Shown piece after piece: positions 10,283 to 18,411 of a stretch of DNA of 64,000 nucleotides (position 1 is its first letter; the number at the start of each line of letters is the position of its first letter). Location of the stretch: positions 7,796-71,795 of the forward strand of contig CATKXS010000003.1 in the NCBI GenBank assembly GCA_949841045.1, read 5' to 3'. This DNA comes from an uncultured Clostridia bacterium. Its GTDB lineage: Bacteria; Bacillota; Clostridia; Christensenellales; UBA1242. The notes below the pieces were generated by a model. That model did not search any database. It was not told the origin of the DNA and worked only from the letters and a program-made list of their open reading frames with translations. The translations under genes were made by a program, and so were the position numbers.

Positions 10283-12964
10283 TTACTTTTTCTTACGTTT
10301 TTCAATAATAGAATAAACATAAGGAAGAGGTCTTATTTGAACCATAGTTCTTGATGTAGGTGAAGTAATAATAAATGACTGACCAACAGACGCACTTACA
10401 ATACGATTTCTCTCCTCTTTATTGATACCGCCAGAGTTTTTATAAAGTTCAACAAGGTCGTTAACGTCATTTGGCGATAATGAGAATATGAGCGAATACT
10501 GACATGCGTTAATAACGGCGGTCGATTGTCTCTTAATTTCTTCAGAACCAACGAAGTCGTTGATATTCTGAGTAATAACAATCTGCATTCCACCATACTT
10601 ACGAATACGTTTAGCCATAGAAGTCATGAAGTTTAAGGCAATTGGATATTTAGGGTTAATGAAAATGTGAGCTTCATCAACGACTACGATAATCTTACGA
10701 TTTGTTCCATGAATATCGTTGTAGTCCTTGTTATTAATAACTTCACTTTCTATATACTTAAATACCAAAAGCATTTGAGCACTAGTAAGCATGTCGTTAT
10801 TACCTGCAATAAGAGATTGGAAGTTGAAGCAGACAAAGTTTTCGTTTGTTTCAATTGAAGTAGGGCCATTCCAAAGGTTGGCATTTCTTCCACCTTTTGC
10901 AAACTTTCTGATATAAGTTTGTGCAATTCTCAAATTATTTAATACGAAATCCTCTTTTGCTTCCTCAAGTTTTTCTTGAAGAAGTGCATATAAATCATCG
11001 AAAGTTGGATAATCTTCAGGTTTTAAATATTTTAAATCAGTTGTTTCGTCAATATTTTTTCTTTCATACATTTCAAGAATTAAAGTATTGATAACCTCGA
11101 ATGCATCAGAAGAGATACCTTGTAAGATTGTTCTTAAAAATTGTTCAAGGAATTGAAGGTGCTGATTGAAAGAATCGTCAGTTTTCTTTTTAACGGCCAC
11201 TTCACCCTCTTCTTCCACGCCTTTATTTTCATCATCGTCTTTATCTAGCGCTCTAATAACGTTGAATGGATTAATTATACCTTGCAATGATGAACCAACA
11301 TCAATTTGTTTTCCATGCAATTGGTCTGAAAGTTCTGAATATTCTTTTTCAGGGTCGCAAATGAAGATTTTGGTATTATCAGCAGCAAAGTTTGCAAGAA
11401 GTGTTTTTGTAGCGAAGGATTTGCCTGAACCTGATTTTCCAATAATCATCATATTAGAGTTTACGCGCTGTGCATCACGAGTGAAAAAGTCAATAAATAC
11501 TGGGTAAGCATTATCTCCGAGGTAGAATCCACCCTCATCTTGAAGTTCTGATGAAACAAATGGGAATACACCGGCAAGCGTATAAGTAGGTATACCTCTT
11601 TGAAGTTCTTTAATGTTATCTCTCATTGAGATACCAGAGCTGATAAAACCATCAATCTGTCTAGCAAAGAGTTCGGTAAACCTATAACCTCCCTGCTTAA
11701 GCATAGACTTAATTTCTTTACGAGCAGAATCTTCACATGTGATAAATGTGTTTATATCATAGAGTTGTTGGTTTGAAGTTTTAAGTTCGCTAAGAAGATT
11801 TCTAAGAGTGTCAAGGTGTGTCTGGATTTCAATTCTGGTACTACTCTTACCAGTCTTTGACATTTTTGTCTCCATATCCATAATAGCCTTATCAATCTTC
11901 TTTTCAGATTCATATTGTGGTGCTTTTTTAAATTTCATCACAACCTTTGTTTTGTCAAGAAGGAAGAATGAAGTTCCCCAAGCGTTTCCAACTTGAAGAG
12001 GATATTCATTTAAAGCATAAGTCCTATACCCTACACCATCAATTTTGTATTTAGCTGATGAAAATTTAATATTGTTTGGAGTAGCCCAATCAAGATAACC
12101 TGAGTATGGAACATTTTCAAGGTCACGTTCATTAAACTCTCTAGTGTAGTTGGCTTTAATAAATATTGCAAGGTCGCTTCCAACAAGACGTCTTGAAGAC
12201 ACTGGAGTAAGACATGAAGCGAGTGAATTTGCCATACCTGTTAAAGTATTATCAAGAGCGTCAAGGTCTTTGCCCATTACTACAAGATAGAAAAAGTCCT
12301 TATAAATCTTATCAGTTCTATTTTTGTTTTCAATGAAGTTTACACGTTCTTCAAAAATAGGTGCTCTCGCGTCAACCTCTTCTTGACTCATTTGTTTCTC
12401 ATACAATTGGTCAAGAAGTCTATCATATTTTTTGTTTTCTATGTATGCGTAATTATCAAGCACCATCGCCTTATTGATTTTAACAAGTTCGCAAACTTGG
12501 TTATCATCAAGTCTTCTTAGTGCATTTCCAAAACCAACGTCAATTACATTATTTTGACTGTATTCATTTAAAAGGTCAAAAAGAATTGGTTTAACTTCAA
12601 GTACCCCTGCATAATAACTACCATAAGAAATGAACTTATCCTCATAGATTGATTCAAAAGGAATAATCTCTTTCATATTTGGTTTTCCAGACTTAGGAGC
12701 TTTCGAATATTTTTTCTTTTGAAGGGAATATTTTGCAAGGTGCGTGAGCGTAACATAAAATCTATCACTGTCTGCAATTTTGAAAAATAGTGAGAGCCCT
12801 AATATAGCCCACACCATCGCAATCCAAATGTGACCAGGAAAGTTTGATGCAGCGAGCACGATAAGCACTGCAGCAACAACAAGTGCAATAACAAGGTCGA
12901 TACCTGTAAAGCCTCTAATAAATTCAAGCTTAACTTTAGTTCTTCTTGGAACAATTCTTACCAT
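10283..12964 (-). CDS. VirB4/TraE-family type IV secretion ATPase with a fused N-terminal two-TM PrgI/VirB3-like segment
   Basis: 893-aa ORF with an ATG start and a GAGG SD 5 nt upstream. Two N-terminal TM helices (GIDLVIALVVAAVLIVLAASNF and HIWIAMVWAILGLSLFF) follow a VPRRTKVKLEF motif typical of PrgI-like proteins. Walker A GKSGSGKS is at 11417-11440 (residues 509-516). Walker B VVVDEAH is at ~10667-10693. The overall layout matches Firmicute conjugation VirB4 homologues (Tn916 Orf16, TcpF, PrgJ). Confidence 0.8.
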   Translation of the reverse strand: MVRIVPRRTKVKLEFIRGFTGIDLVIALVVAAVLIVLAASNFPGHIWIAMVWAILGLSLFFKIADSDRFYVTLTHLAKYSLQKKKYSKAPKSGKPNMKEIIPFESIYEDKFISYGSYYAGVLEVKPILFDLLNEYSQNNVIDVGFGNALRRLDDNQVCELVKINKAMVLDNYAYIENKKYDRLLDQLYEKQMSQEEVDARAPIFEERVNFIENKNRTDKIYKDFFYLVVMGKDLDALDNTLTGMANSLASCLTPVSSRRLVGSDLAIFIKANYTREFNERDLENVPYSGYLDWATPNNIKFSSAKYKIDGVGYRTYALNEYPLQVGNAWGTSFFLLDKTKVVMKFKKAPQYESEKKIDKAIMDMETKMSKTGKSSTRIEIQTHLDTLRNLLSELKTSNQQLYDINTFITCEDSARKEIKSMLKQGGYRFTELFARQIDGFISSGISMRDNIKELQRGIPTYTLAGVFPFVSSELQDEGGFYLGDNAYPVFIDFFTRDAQRVNSNMMIIGKSGSGKSFATKTLLANFAADNTKIFICDPEKEYSELSDQLHGKQIDVGSSLQGIINPFNVIRALDKDDDENKGVEEEGEVAVKKKTDDSFNQHLQFLEQFLRTILQGISSDAFEVINTLILEMYERKNIDETTDLKYLKPEDYPTFDDLYALLQEKLEEAKEDFVLNNLRIAQTYIRKFAKGGRNANLWNGPTSIETNENFVCFNFQSLIAGNNDMLTSAQMLLVFKYIESEVINNKDYNDIHGTNRKIIVVVDEAHIFINPKYPIALNFMTSMAKRIRKYGGMQIVITQNINDFVGSEEIKRQSTAVINACQYSLIFSLSPNDVNDLVELYKNSGGINKEERNRIVSASVGQSFIITSPTSRTMVQIRPLPYVYSIIEKRKKK

Positions 12965-13065
12965 ACAAACCTCACTAATTACTTTACAAAATTATTTTAC
13001 TACAAAATATATCAAAAATACAAACGAATAAACAAATATTTTGATAAAAAATATAATTTAATTAT

Positions 13066-13111
13066 AAAAAACAACGAGGCATTTGTGGCTGATTACAAAA
13101 TTGTCGTTGTT
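13066..13111 (-). terminator. Probable intrinsic terminator after the PRC-barrel gene, which isolates the VirB4-like gene as a new transcription unit
   Basis: AACAACGA 13070-13077 pairs with TCGTTGTT 13104-13111. There are 5 further inner base pairs after an internal loop. On the minus strand the stem is followed by TTTTATAAT. Confidence 0.5.
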
Positions 13112-13119
13112 TTATAATT

Positions 13120-13890
13120 TTATTTACTATAATAATTTAATAAATTCATCTTGTTATGAAGTTTTGCTTTGTTTAAAATCTTTTGATTTATAACGTCATT
13201 TTTCTCAGCAATGAGTTCGTTATTATATCCCAAAATATCATTGGTAACAATCCTTCCAATCAGAAGTTTTGGATTTGCAAAAATCTTCGCTGGACTCTCT
13301 GGCGTTTGAGGTTGAACTACAACAAAATTTGTAATTCTAACCTCAGTTTTTTCAAGTCCTTTAAAAGAACCAACTTCTTCTTTAAAAGACCTATTTTTCT
13401 CACTTTTATAAGCTCCAAAAATGATAAAATTTTCACCCGATTTTCTTATAAAACGTTGAGGAAATTCACACATATTTGTTATGATTTTTTTGACAGTTTT
13501 CCCCTTAATATCCACATCTATTACCCTGCCAAGATTGTTGCCATGACTGTCATAAACAACCTTTCCAACAGGATTATTAGTAATAGAAGAAATGTTGAAT
13601 TGAAGAGCTCTCGCACTTTTAATCATGATGGTCTCATCACCAATTGAATAAATATCTTCTCTGTCAAGCACAAAAGAATTTTCGCTCTCATCATCAACAA
13701 TTATAAGACCTGTAAAAAACTTTACCCTGTCATCAAAAATGACATTTAATACATAACCAACTTGACTTGCGTCATCAAGTGATATTACTTTTTTTGAAAC
13801 TAAACTACTTACCTTTTCCATGCTACTATTGTATACAACCATTACTAAAAAAAGAACAAAATTTAAAAAAATAGCTATTTTTTTTGACAA
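13120..13890 (-). CDS. Membrane-anchored protein with two PRC-barrel-like domains
   Basis: 256-aa ORF with a hydrophobic N-terminus. PRC-barrel-like segments are present (GYVLNVIFDD..GLIIVDD and VVYDSHGNNLGRVIDVDIKGK). The track start is TTG with no clear SD, so the start is uncertain. Confidence 0.5.
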   Translation of the reverse strand: MSKKIAIFLNFVLFLVMVVYNSSMEKVSSLVSKKVISLDDASQVGYVLNVIFDDRVKFFTGLIIVDDESENSFVLDREDIYSIGDETIMIKSARALQFNISSITNNPVGKVVYDSHGNNLGRVIDVDIKGKTVKKIITNMCEFPQRFIRKSGENFIIFGAYKSEKNRSFKEEVGSFKGLEKTEVRITNFVVVQPQTPESPAKIFANPKLLIGRIVTNDILGYNNELIAEKNDVINQKILNKAKLHNKMNLLNYYSK

Positions 13891-13918
13891 AACAGCTAAA
13901 ATATAATATAATTAAGGC

Positions 13919-14134
13919 ATGAAAAATAAAAATTTAATAAATAAAGAGATGATAATAGATGAAGTGCTCAAACTTGACGACAGTTTGGGCGATATATTTA
14001 TGGGATTTGGAATGCACTGCATTTTTTGCCATTTAGGAATGGAAGAAACGGTTGAAGAAGCAGCTTACGTTCATCAAGTTGACGTTGACCTTTTAGTCGA
14101 AAAACTTAATGAAGCATACAATATCAAACACTAA
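13919..14134 (+). CDS. DUF1858 / hybrid-cluster-associated redox disulfide-type small protein
   Basis: 71 aa with a CIFC (CxxC) motif in a context typical of this family (GMHCIFCHLGMEETVEEAA). Confidence 0.6.
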   Translation: MKNKNLINKEMIIDEVLKLDDSLGDIFMGFGMHCIFCHLGMEETVEEAAYVHQVDVDLLVEKLNEAYNIKH

Positions 14135-14151
14135 ATTTTGGATTTAAAAAC

Positions 14152-15273
14152 TTAATTATAGTTAAGTTTTTCTTTAATTAAATTTAATAGCCTTTCAATC
14201 CCATAACCTTTTTTTGTTGAAATTAAGACTTCGTTTTCTTTAATTAAAACTGGCTTATTTAAAAGGTCACTTTTATTTAAAATTACAAGTCTATTTTTTG
14301 TTGCACCAAGCGAGTCTAAAAGCTTATTTGTAACTTCCATATTAATCTCATATTCTTTCTTCCCGTTTTGCTCTTTATCAAGTGAACAATCGACAACATG
14401 CAAGAGTAAATCTGCATCAGAAGCCTCTTCAAGAGTTGACGAAAAAGCATCAACAAGTTGGTGAGGAAGGTCTGAAATAAAACCTACCGTATCAGACAAA
14501 ATTGCATACTTGTTTTCACCCAAATAAAGTTTTCTTGTTGTGGTGTCAAGTGTTGCAAAAAATTTATCATCTGCGTAAATATTTTCTTTCACAAGTTTGT
14601 TTAAAAGTGATGACTTTCCAGAGTTCGTATAACCTACAAGTGCGACTAAAGGAAGTGAAGATTTTAAGCGTTCACGCCTTGACGCTTGACGCTGAGTTTT
14701 TATCTTTTCAATCTGCCCTTTCAAACTATCCATTTCTTTTTCAAGTTTTCGTCTATCAAGTTCAAGCTTGGTCTCACCAGGTCCTCTCATGCCCACACCC
14801 GCACTACCAAATCTTCCACTCGTGCCCTGCATTTGTGAAAGTCTTGGCAGAACATATAGGTCTTGAGCAAGTTTTACTTGAAGTTTGGCTTCTCTTGACT
14901 TTGCACCTTTTGCAAATATGTCAATAATAAGACCCACCCTGTCAATAACCTTCACACCAAACTCATCTGCGAGGTTTTTCATTTGAGAGCCCGAAAGAGG
15001 ATAATCGACCACAACTACGTCAATTATCTCAGAACAAGATGAAATATAATTTTTTATTTCTTCAACTTTGCCACTTCCAATTACTGTGCGCTTGTTAAAC
15101 TCTTTGATTTTCTGCTGAAAATTATCAACAACATTTAAATCTGCTGAATAGCATAACCTTTTAATTTCAGCATATTTTCTATCTAAATTGTCGTCTTTTT
15201 TCACACTAACCACAACAATTATGGCATTTTCTTTTTCTAAAACGGTATTATTCATGTTTTTAATATACCACAA
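14152..15273 (-). CDS. hflX: GTPase HflX
   Basis: G1 motif GYTNSGKSS, DTVGFI, NKSD, and the glycine-rich HflX N-domain (GGIGMRGPGE-like GVGMRGPGETKLE). The track start is TTG; an ATG at 15255 (MNNTV...) is the more likely start. Confidence 0.9.
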   Translation of the reverse strand: MWYIKNMNNTVLEKENAIIVVVSVKKDDNLDRKYAEIKRLCYSADLNVVDNFQQKIKEFNKRTVIGSGKVEEIKNYISSCSEIIDVVVVDYPLSGSQMKNLADEFGVKVIDRVGLIIDIFAKGAKSREAKLQVKLAQDLYVLPRLSQMQGTSGRFGSAGVGMRGPGETKLELDRRKLEKEMDSLKGQIEKIKTQRQASRRERLKSSLPLVALVGYTNSGKSSLLNKLVKENIYADDKFFATLDTTTRKLYLGENKYAILSDTVGFISDLPHQLVDAFSSTLEEASDADLLLHVVDCSLDKEQNGKKEYEINMEVTNKLLDSLGATKNRLVILNKSDLLNKPVLIKENEVLISTKKGYGIERLLNLIKEKLNYN

Positions 15274-15392
15274 AATTAAATATTAAGCAAATAAAATAGC
15301 AAGACTAAATTTTTGCATTAAATTAAACATACAAATAAAATTTATCATAAAAAATGGCTAAGCCACAAAAAAAAAGGCAAATAATTCGCCTC

Positions 15393-16088
15393 TTAATTTT
15401 TGATTAAAACATTTCCGTCGTAAACTCCAATTACAATACGCTTATTTTGCTTTCCTTGTGCTACTATTGTATACACCCAAAATAATTGATTATCGGTTGT
15501 ATCTTCTGATAAAACCATAAGATAACATTCCCCTTCAAAACTTCCCTTTTTATAATACTCATCAAGTTCATTTCCAAATTCTTTAAGAGCAAGGTCTATT
15601 ACTTCATTGTAATTAAGTTTGAAATTTTTGCTTACATTTTCAAAACTTAATTCATAACCAGAAAAAGTTAATGCAATTTTATCTTCCTCGCCTAGTGCGT
15701 AACCCAAATCACCCATATAATAATGATTTGCAGGATTAAAATCCAAAGTTAACTTTTCAGTCTTATCATTTATGCTTAAATCAACTTCAATTTGGTTTAA
15801 TGTTATTTGTTCTGAAAATTTAATACTTATAAGCGAAAAATCACAATTTTCGGTATGTTTTCCATCAACGATGTAAGTTTTTTCTCTCTGCCCAACACTT
15901 ATTGACCCCATTACCCCCTGACAACTTGCATGATAATATATCTTAGTTATTTCACTATTACAGTCTCTGATATTAACTTTACTCTGACAACCAAAAAGCG
16001 TTAGAGAAACAACGGCAAAGGTTAAACATAAAAAAGTACATGCGATGATGCCTATTAATTTTGTCTTTCTTAAAACAATATTTTTCAT
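15393..16088 (-). CDS. Hypothetical lipoprotein
   Basis: Signal peptide ending in the lipobox LTLFGC; no recognisable domain. Confidence 0.6.
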   Translation of the reverse strand: MKNIVLRKTKLIGIIACTFLCLTFAVVSLTLFGCQSKVNIRDCNSEITKIYYHASCQGVMGSISVGQREKTYIVDGKHTENCDFSLISIKFSEQITLNQIEVDLSINDKTEKLTLDFNPANHYYMGDLGYALGEEDKIALTFSGYELSFENVSKNFKLNYNEVIDLALKEFGNELDEYYKKGSFEGECYLMVLSEDTTDNQLFWVYTIVAQGKQNKRIVIGVYDGNVLIKN

Positions 16089-16160
16089 TTTTCACCTCAT
16101 CATATGAATATGTTGGACAAATATTAAAAATGTGTAAATTAAAAAATGAGAGTGAAATTA

Positions 16161-16189
16161 TTATTAAAAAAGGAGCCAGCTTGCTCCTT
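16161..16189 (-). terminator. Intrinsic terminator of spoIIID
   Basis: AAGGAGC 16170-16176 pairs with GCTCCTT 16183-16189, abutting the stop codon. T-runs lie on both sides. Confidence 0.6.
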
Positions 16190-16440
16190 TATTTTTTTGT
16201 CTGATATTTTCGTTTTGTTGCCTGCCCACCACGAATATGTTTTTCTGCAAAGTTTTGGTCAAGTATTTTCTTAAGCTCTTCATAAAGCTCATAGTCAAGT
16301 ACTTTCAACTTGACAGACACATCATTATGAATAGTGCTTTTACTATAACCGAAAACTTCAGCGGTTTTACGAACAGTATCGTGAGTTTGCCTTATATGTC
16401 TAGCAACAGAAATAACTCTTTCAGCCAAATCCTCTTTCAT
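16189..16440 (-). CDS. spoIIID: Sporulation transcriptional regulator SpoIIID
   Basis: HTH core AEVFGYSKSTIHNDV and C-terminal HIRGGQATKRKY match the SpoIIID family. I place the start at ATG 16440, preceded by GGAGGAG, rather than at the GTG at 16452 used by the track. Confidence 0.9.
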   Translation of the reverse strand: MKEDLAERVISVARHIRQTHDTVRKTAEVFGYSKSTIHNDVSVKLKVLDYELYEELKKILDQNFAEKHIRGGQATKRKYQTKK

Positions 16441-16550
16441 TCTCTCCTCCACAGCCTATAAATATGTGGAAAAAAGAATTTATATGTTACAAAATGTAGA
16501 ATTTTGAATTTTTATATCAAAACATCTATTTTAAATTATACTTCAACTCT

Positions 16551-16583
16551 AAAAAATAAGCACCCTCACTTTTGCGAGTGTGC
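16551..16583 (-). terminator. Intrinsic terminator of acpP
   Basis: GC-rich hairpin at 16560-16583 (one mismatch), followed on the minus strand by TTATTTTTT. Confidence 0.6.
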
Positions 16584-16603
16584 CATAGTAAAATTTCACT
16601 TAT

Positions 16604-16840
16604 TTATTTGTTTTTATATTCATCAATAACTTTTACAATTTGAGGAATAGTTTTAAGTTCTTCAAGTTTATCATCAGGGATAGAAACTTTAAACTCATCT
16701 TCAAAAGTCATTAAAAGTTCAACAACGTCAAGAGAATCAGCGCCTAAATCCTCAATTACATTTGCATCATCTTTGATGTCATCAGTAGAAATGCAAAGTT
16801 GTTCTGCAATAATCTTTTTAACGATTTCTATTGTACTCAT
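16604..16840 (-). CDS. acpP: Acyl carrier protein
   Basis: 78 aa with the phosphopantetheine attachment motif LGADSLDVVEL. Confidence 0.9.
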   Translation of the reverse strand: MSTIEIVKKIIAEQLCISTDDIKDDANVIEDLGADSLDVVELLMTFEDEFKVSIPDDKLEELKTIPQIVKVIDEYKNK

Positions 16841-16887
16841 AAACCCTCCATATTTAATATTATAACATAAATTAACAAATATGTAAA

Positions 16888-16911
16888 TAAAAAATGCGAT
16901 ATTTATCGCAT
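16888..16911 (-). terminator. Intrinsic terminator after the SpoIIQ-like gene
   Basis: ATGCGAT-attt-ATCGCAT at 16894-16911, with T-runs on both strands. Confidence 0.6.
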
Positions 16912-16966
16912 CTTTATTTTAGTTATGTTGAATTTTTAATGATTTATTTATGTCTTTAATATTAAA

Positions 16967-17530
16967 TTACTTTTCTTGTAAATCTAAATAATTGTTTGGG
17001 TCTACAAAATTATTATTAAGCTTCATCGCAAAATGTAAGTGGTCACCCATTTTGAGTTCGCCATTAGCAGTATTGTCAACTGTTCCAATTTTTTGACCAG
17101 CTGTAACCTTATCACCTTCTTTAACAAGAGTATCTTCACTCAAAGATGAGTAAATTGACTCAAAGCCATCTGAGTGTCTAATTGTAATAGTATAACCGTC
17201 TAAGTATATTTTCTCAACACTCTTTACAGTACCGTCAAGAACAGCATAAACATCTGGATTTTCAGAAGCGAAGTCTATATAAAGATGAGCTTCCCATTGA
17301 TTTAATGTTTCATTTTTTTGAAGTTCTGTATTAGAGAAATCTTTAATTATGCTCGCCTCTGACATTGGCAATCTGAAATTTAATGTATTTGTACTCGTTG
17401 GCACGCTGTTTCCAAGTGCAGCGATGAGTGTAAATGTAAGAGCAACTGCGATAATAACCAGTCCCACAACCACAAACATACCATATCTTTTGATAAATTC
17501 AACAAACCTATTTTTCTTTTCGATTTCCAT
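16967..17530 (-). CDS. M23/LytM-domain membrane protein, SpoIIQ-like
   Basis: N-terminal TM anchor. HLYID (HxxxD) and DHLHF (HxH) metal-binding motifs, plus GDKVTAGQKIGTV. Its position next to spoIIID matches the clostridial spoIIQ-spoIIID arrangement. Confidence 0.6.
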   Translation of the reverse strand: MEIEKKNRFVEFIKRYGMFVVVGLVIIAVALTFTLIAALGNSVPTSTNTLNFRLPMSEASIIKDFSNTELQKNETLNQWEAHLYIDFASENPDVYAVLDGTVKSVEKIYLDGYTITIRHSDGFESIYSSLSEDTLVKEGDKVTAGQKIGTVDNTANGELKMGDHLHFAMKLNNNFVDPNNYLDLQEK

Positions 17531-17582
17531 TTTTACCTCCTAGAAATTTATTGACCGAATTAATTATTTTATACATTGATTT

Positions 17583-18035
17583 TTAAAAACCAGTGAGTAT
17601 CATTGGATAACCAAGTATCCATCTTTCCCCATCATTTGCAAGTTGAACATTCATTTTCTTGCCGTCAATCAGTCTAAAGTCATAATAGGATTTATCATAA
17701 CCATAATAAACCGTTCTGTCACCCACATTACTTGGACTGGTAAGAGAATAATTCAATTTTTTATTGAAATAATCTAAACTTTTATTAGAAAAGTAATAAA
17801 CAATACCGCTTACCTTATCTAAATCTAAAGTTTTTATCACCTTTTCGGCATTTTTTTTACTTAAGTAATAATAAAAATCATTTCCGTTTTTTATCACCTC
17901 CCCATCTATCAAATTTTCTTGCGCTGAAACCACAACAACACTTTCATAGTCTTCGTTATGAGGCAAGTCAACACATAGAAACGCTGAAATAGAAACAGCA
18001 ATAGCAACTATTAAAAAAGCAATCATTCTTTTCAT
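17583..18035 (-). CDS. Hypothetical secreted or membrane-anchored protein
   Basis: 150 aa with a hydrophobic N-terminal signal/anchor; no confident family assignment. Confidence 0.5.
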   Translation of the reverse strand: MKRMIAFLIVAIAVSISAFLCVDLPHNEDYESVVVVSAQENLIDGEVIKNGNDFYYYLSKKNAEKVIKTLDLDKVSGIVYYFSNKSLDYFNKKLNYSLTSPSNVGDRTVYYGYDKSYYDFRLIDGKKMNVQLANDGERWILGYPMILTGF

Positions 18036-18107
18036 AAAAAAATGATTGCCTCTAAATTTTTCTTATAATTAAATTAAATTGTTTTTAATTGTCTAAAAAT
18101 GTCAAAA

Positions 18108-18305
18108 TTAAAATATAAACGATAAGATTAGCACTGCAAAACCAGCAATTAGTAAAAATCCACCACCTAAATACATAAAAAGAAAAGCTTTATCTTTCTT
18201 TTTTTGTGGCTGACTATTTTTTATTTCCGTTCTCACCTCTTCCAACACTCTTTCCTTAACTGGAAATGGTCTTTGTGGAATAGGTCGTCTTGGCAGTTCT
18301 TGCAT
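18108..18305 (-). CDS. Small tail-anchored membrane protein, hypothetical
   Basis: I place the start at ATG 18305 (MQELPRRP...), preceded by AGGAGG, not at the longer track ORF. It has a C-terminal TM helix. Confidence 0.5.
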   Translation of the reverse strand: MQELPRRPIPQRPFPVKERVLEEVRTEIKNSQPQKKKDKAFLFMYLGGGFLLIAGFAVLILSFIF

Positions 18306-18411
18306 TATGCCTCCTGTTAACAAAAATTTTACATAAAAATATAAAAATGTCAAGCGGATTATCCGCTTTCTATTTATAAGAGTATGGCTAAGTCACTTAT
18401 GCTGGCTATAG

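Larger units (their letters stand above)
10005..10285. repeat. Tandem direct repeat: two ~140-bp units (about 10005-10145 and 10146-10285) filling the gap between the VirB4-like gene and the giant gene
   Basis: 10045-10138 and 10185-10278 are 94 nt with a single mismatch (t10130 versus a10270). The preceding 28-29 nt (10016-10044 versus 10157-10184) are strongly diverged. The flanking motifs ttattacaagaag and agtgtta recur at the unit borders. The last unit overlaps the stop codon of the upstream gene (10283-10285). Confidence 0.92.

Noticed and set aside
10005-10285. Could the tandem repeats be a CRISPR array, an integron attC site, or a DGR TR/VR pair?
   Set aside because: It is not CRISPR: there are only two units of ~140 bp and no unique spacers. 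GCCTAAAAAC only loosely resembles an attC core (GCCTAAC/GTTAGGC), there is no inverse partner, and no integrase is present. It is not a DGR: no reverse transcriptase is nearby, the divergent segment is intergenic, and its differences are not restricted to adenines.
16459-16485. Sigma-E-like promoter (ATATA-N14-CATATTTA) upstream of spoIIID
   Set aside because: The match to the sigma-E consensus is only partial. It would also place the TSS directly on the RBS, which is too weak to report as a feature.
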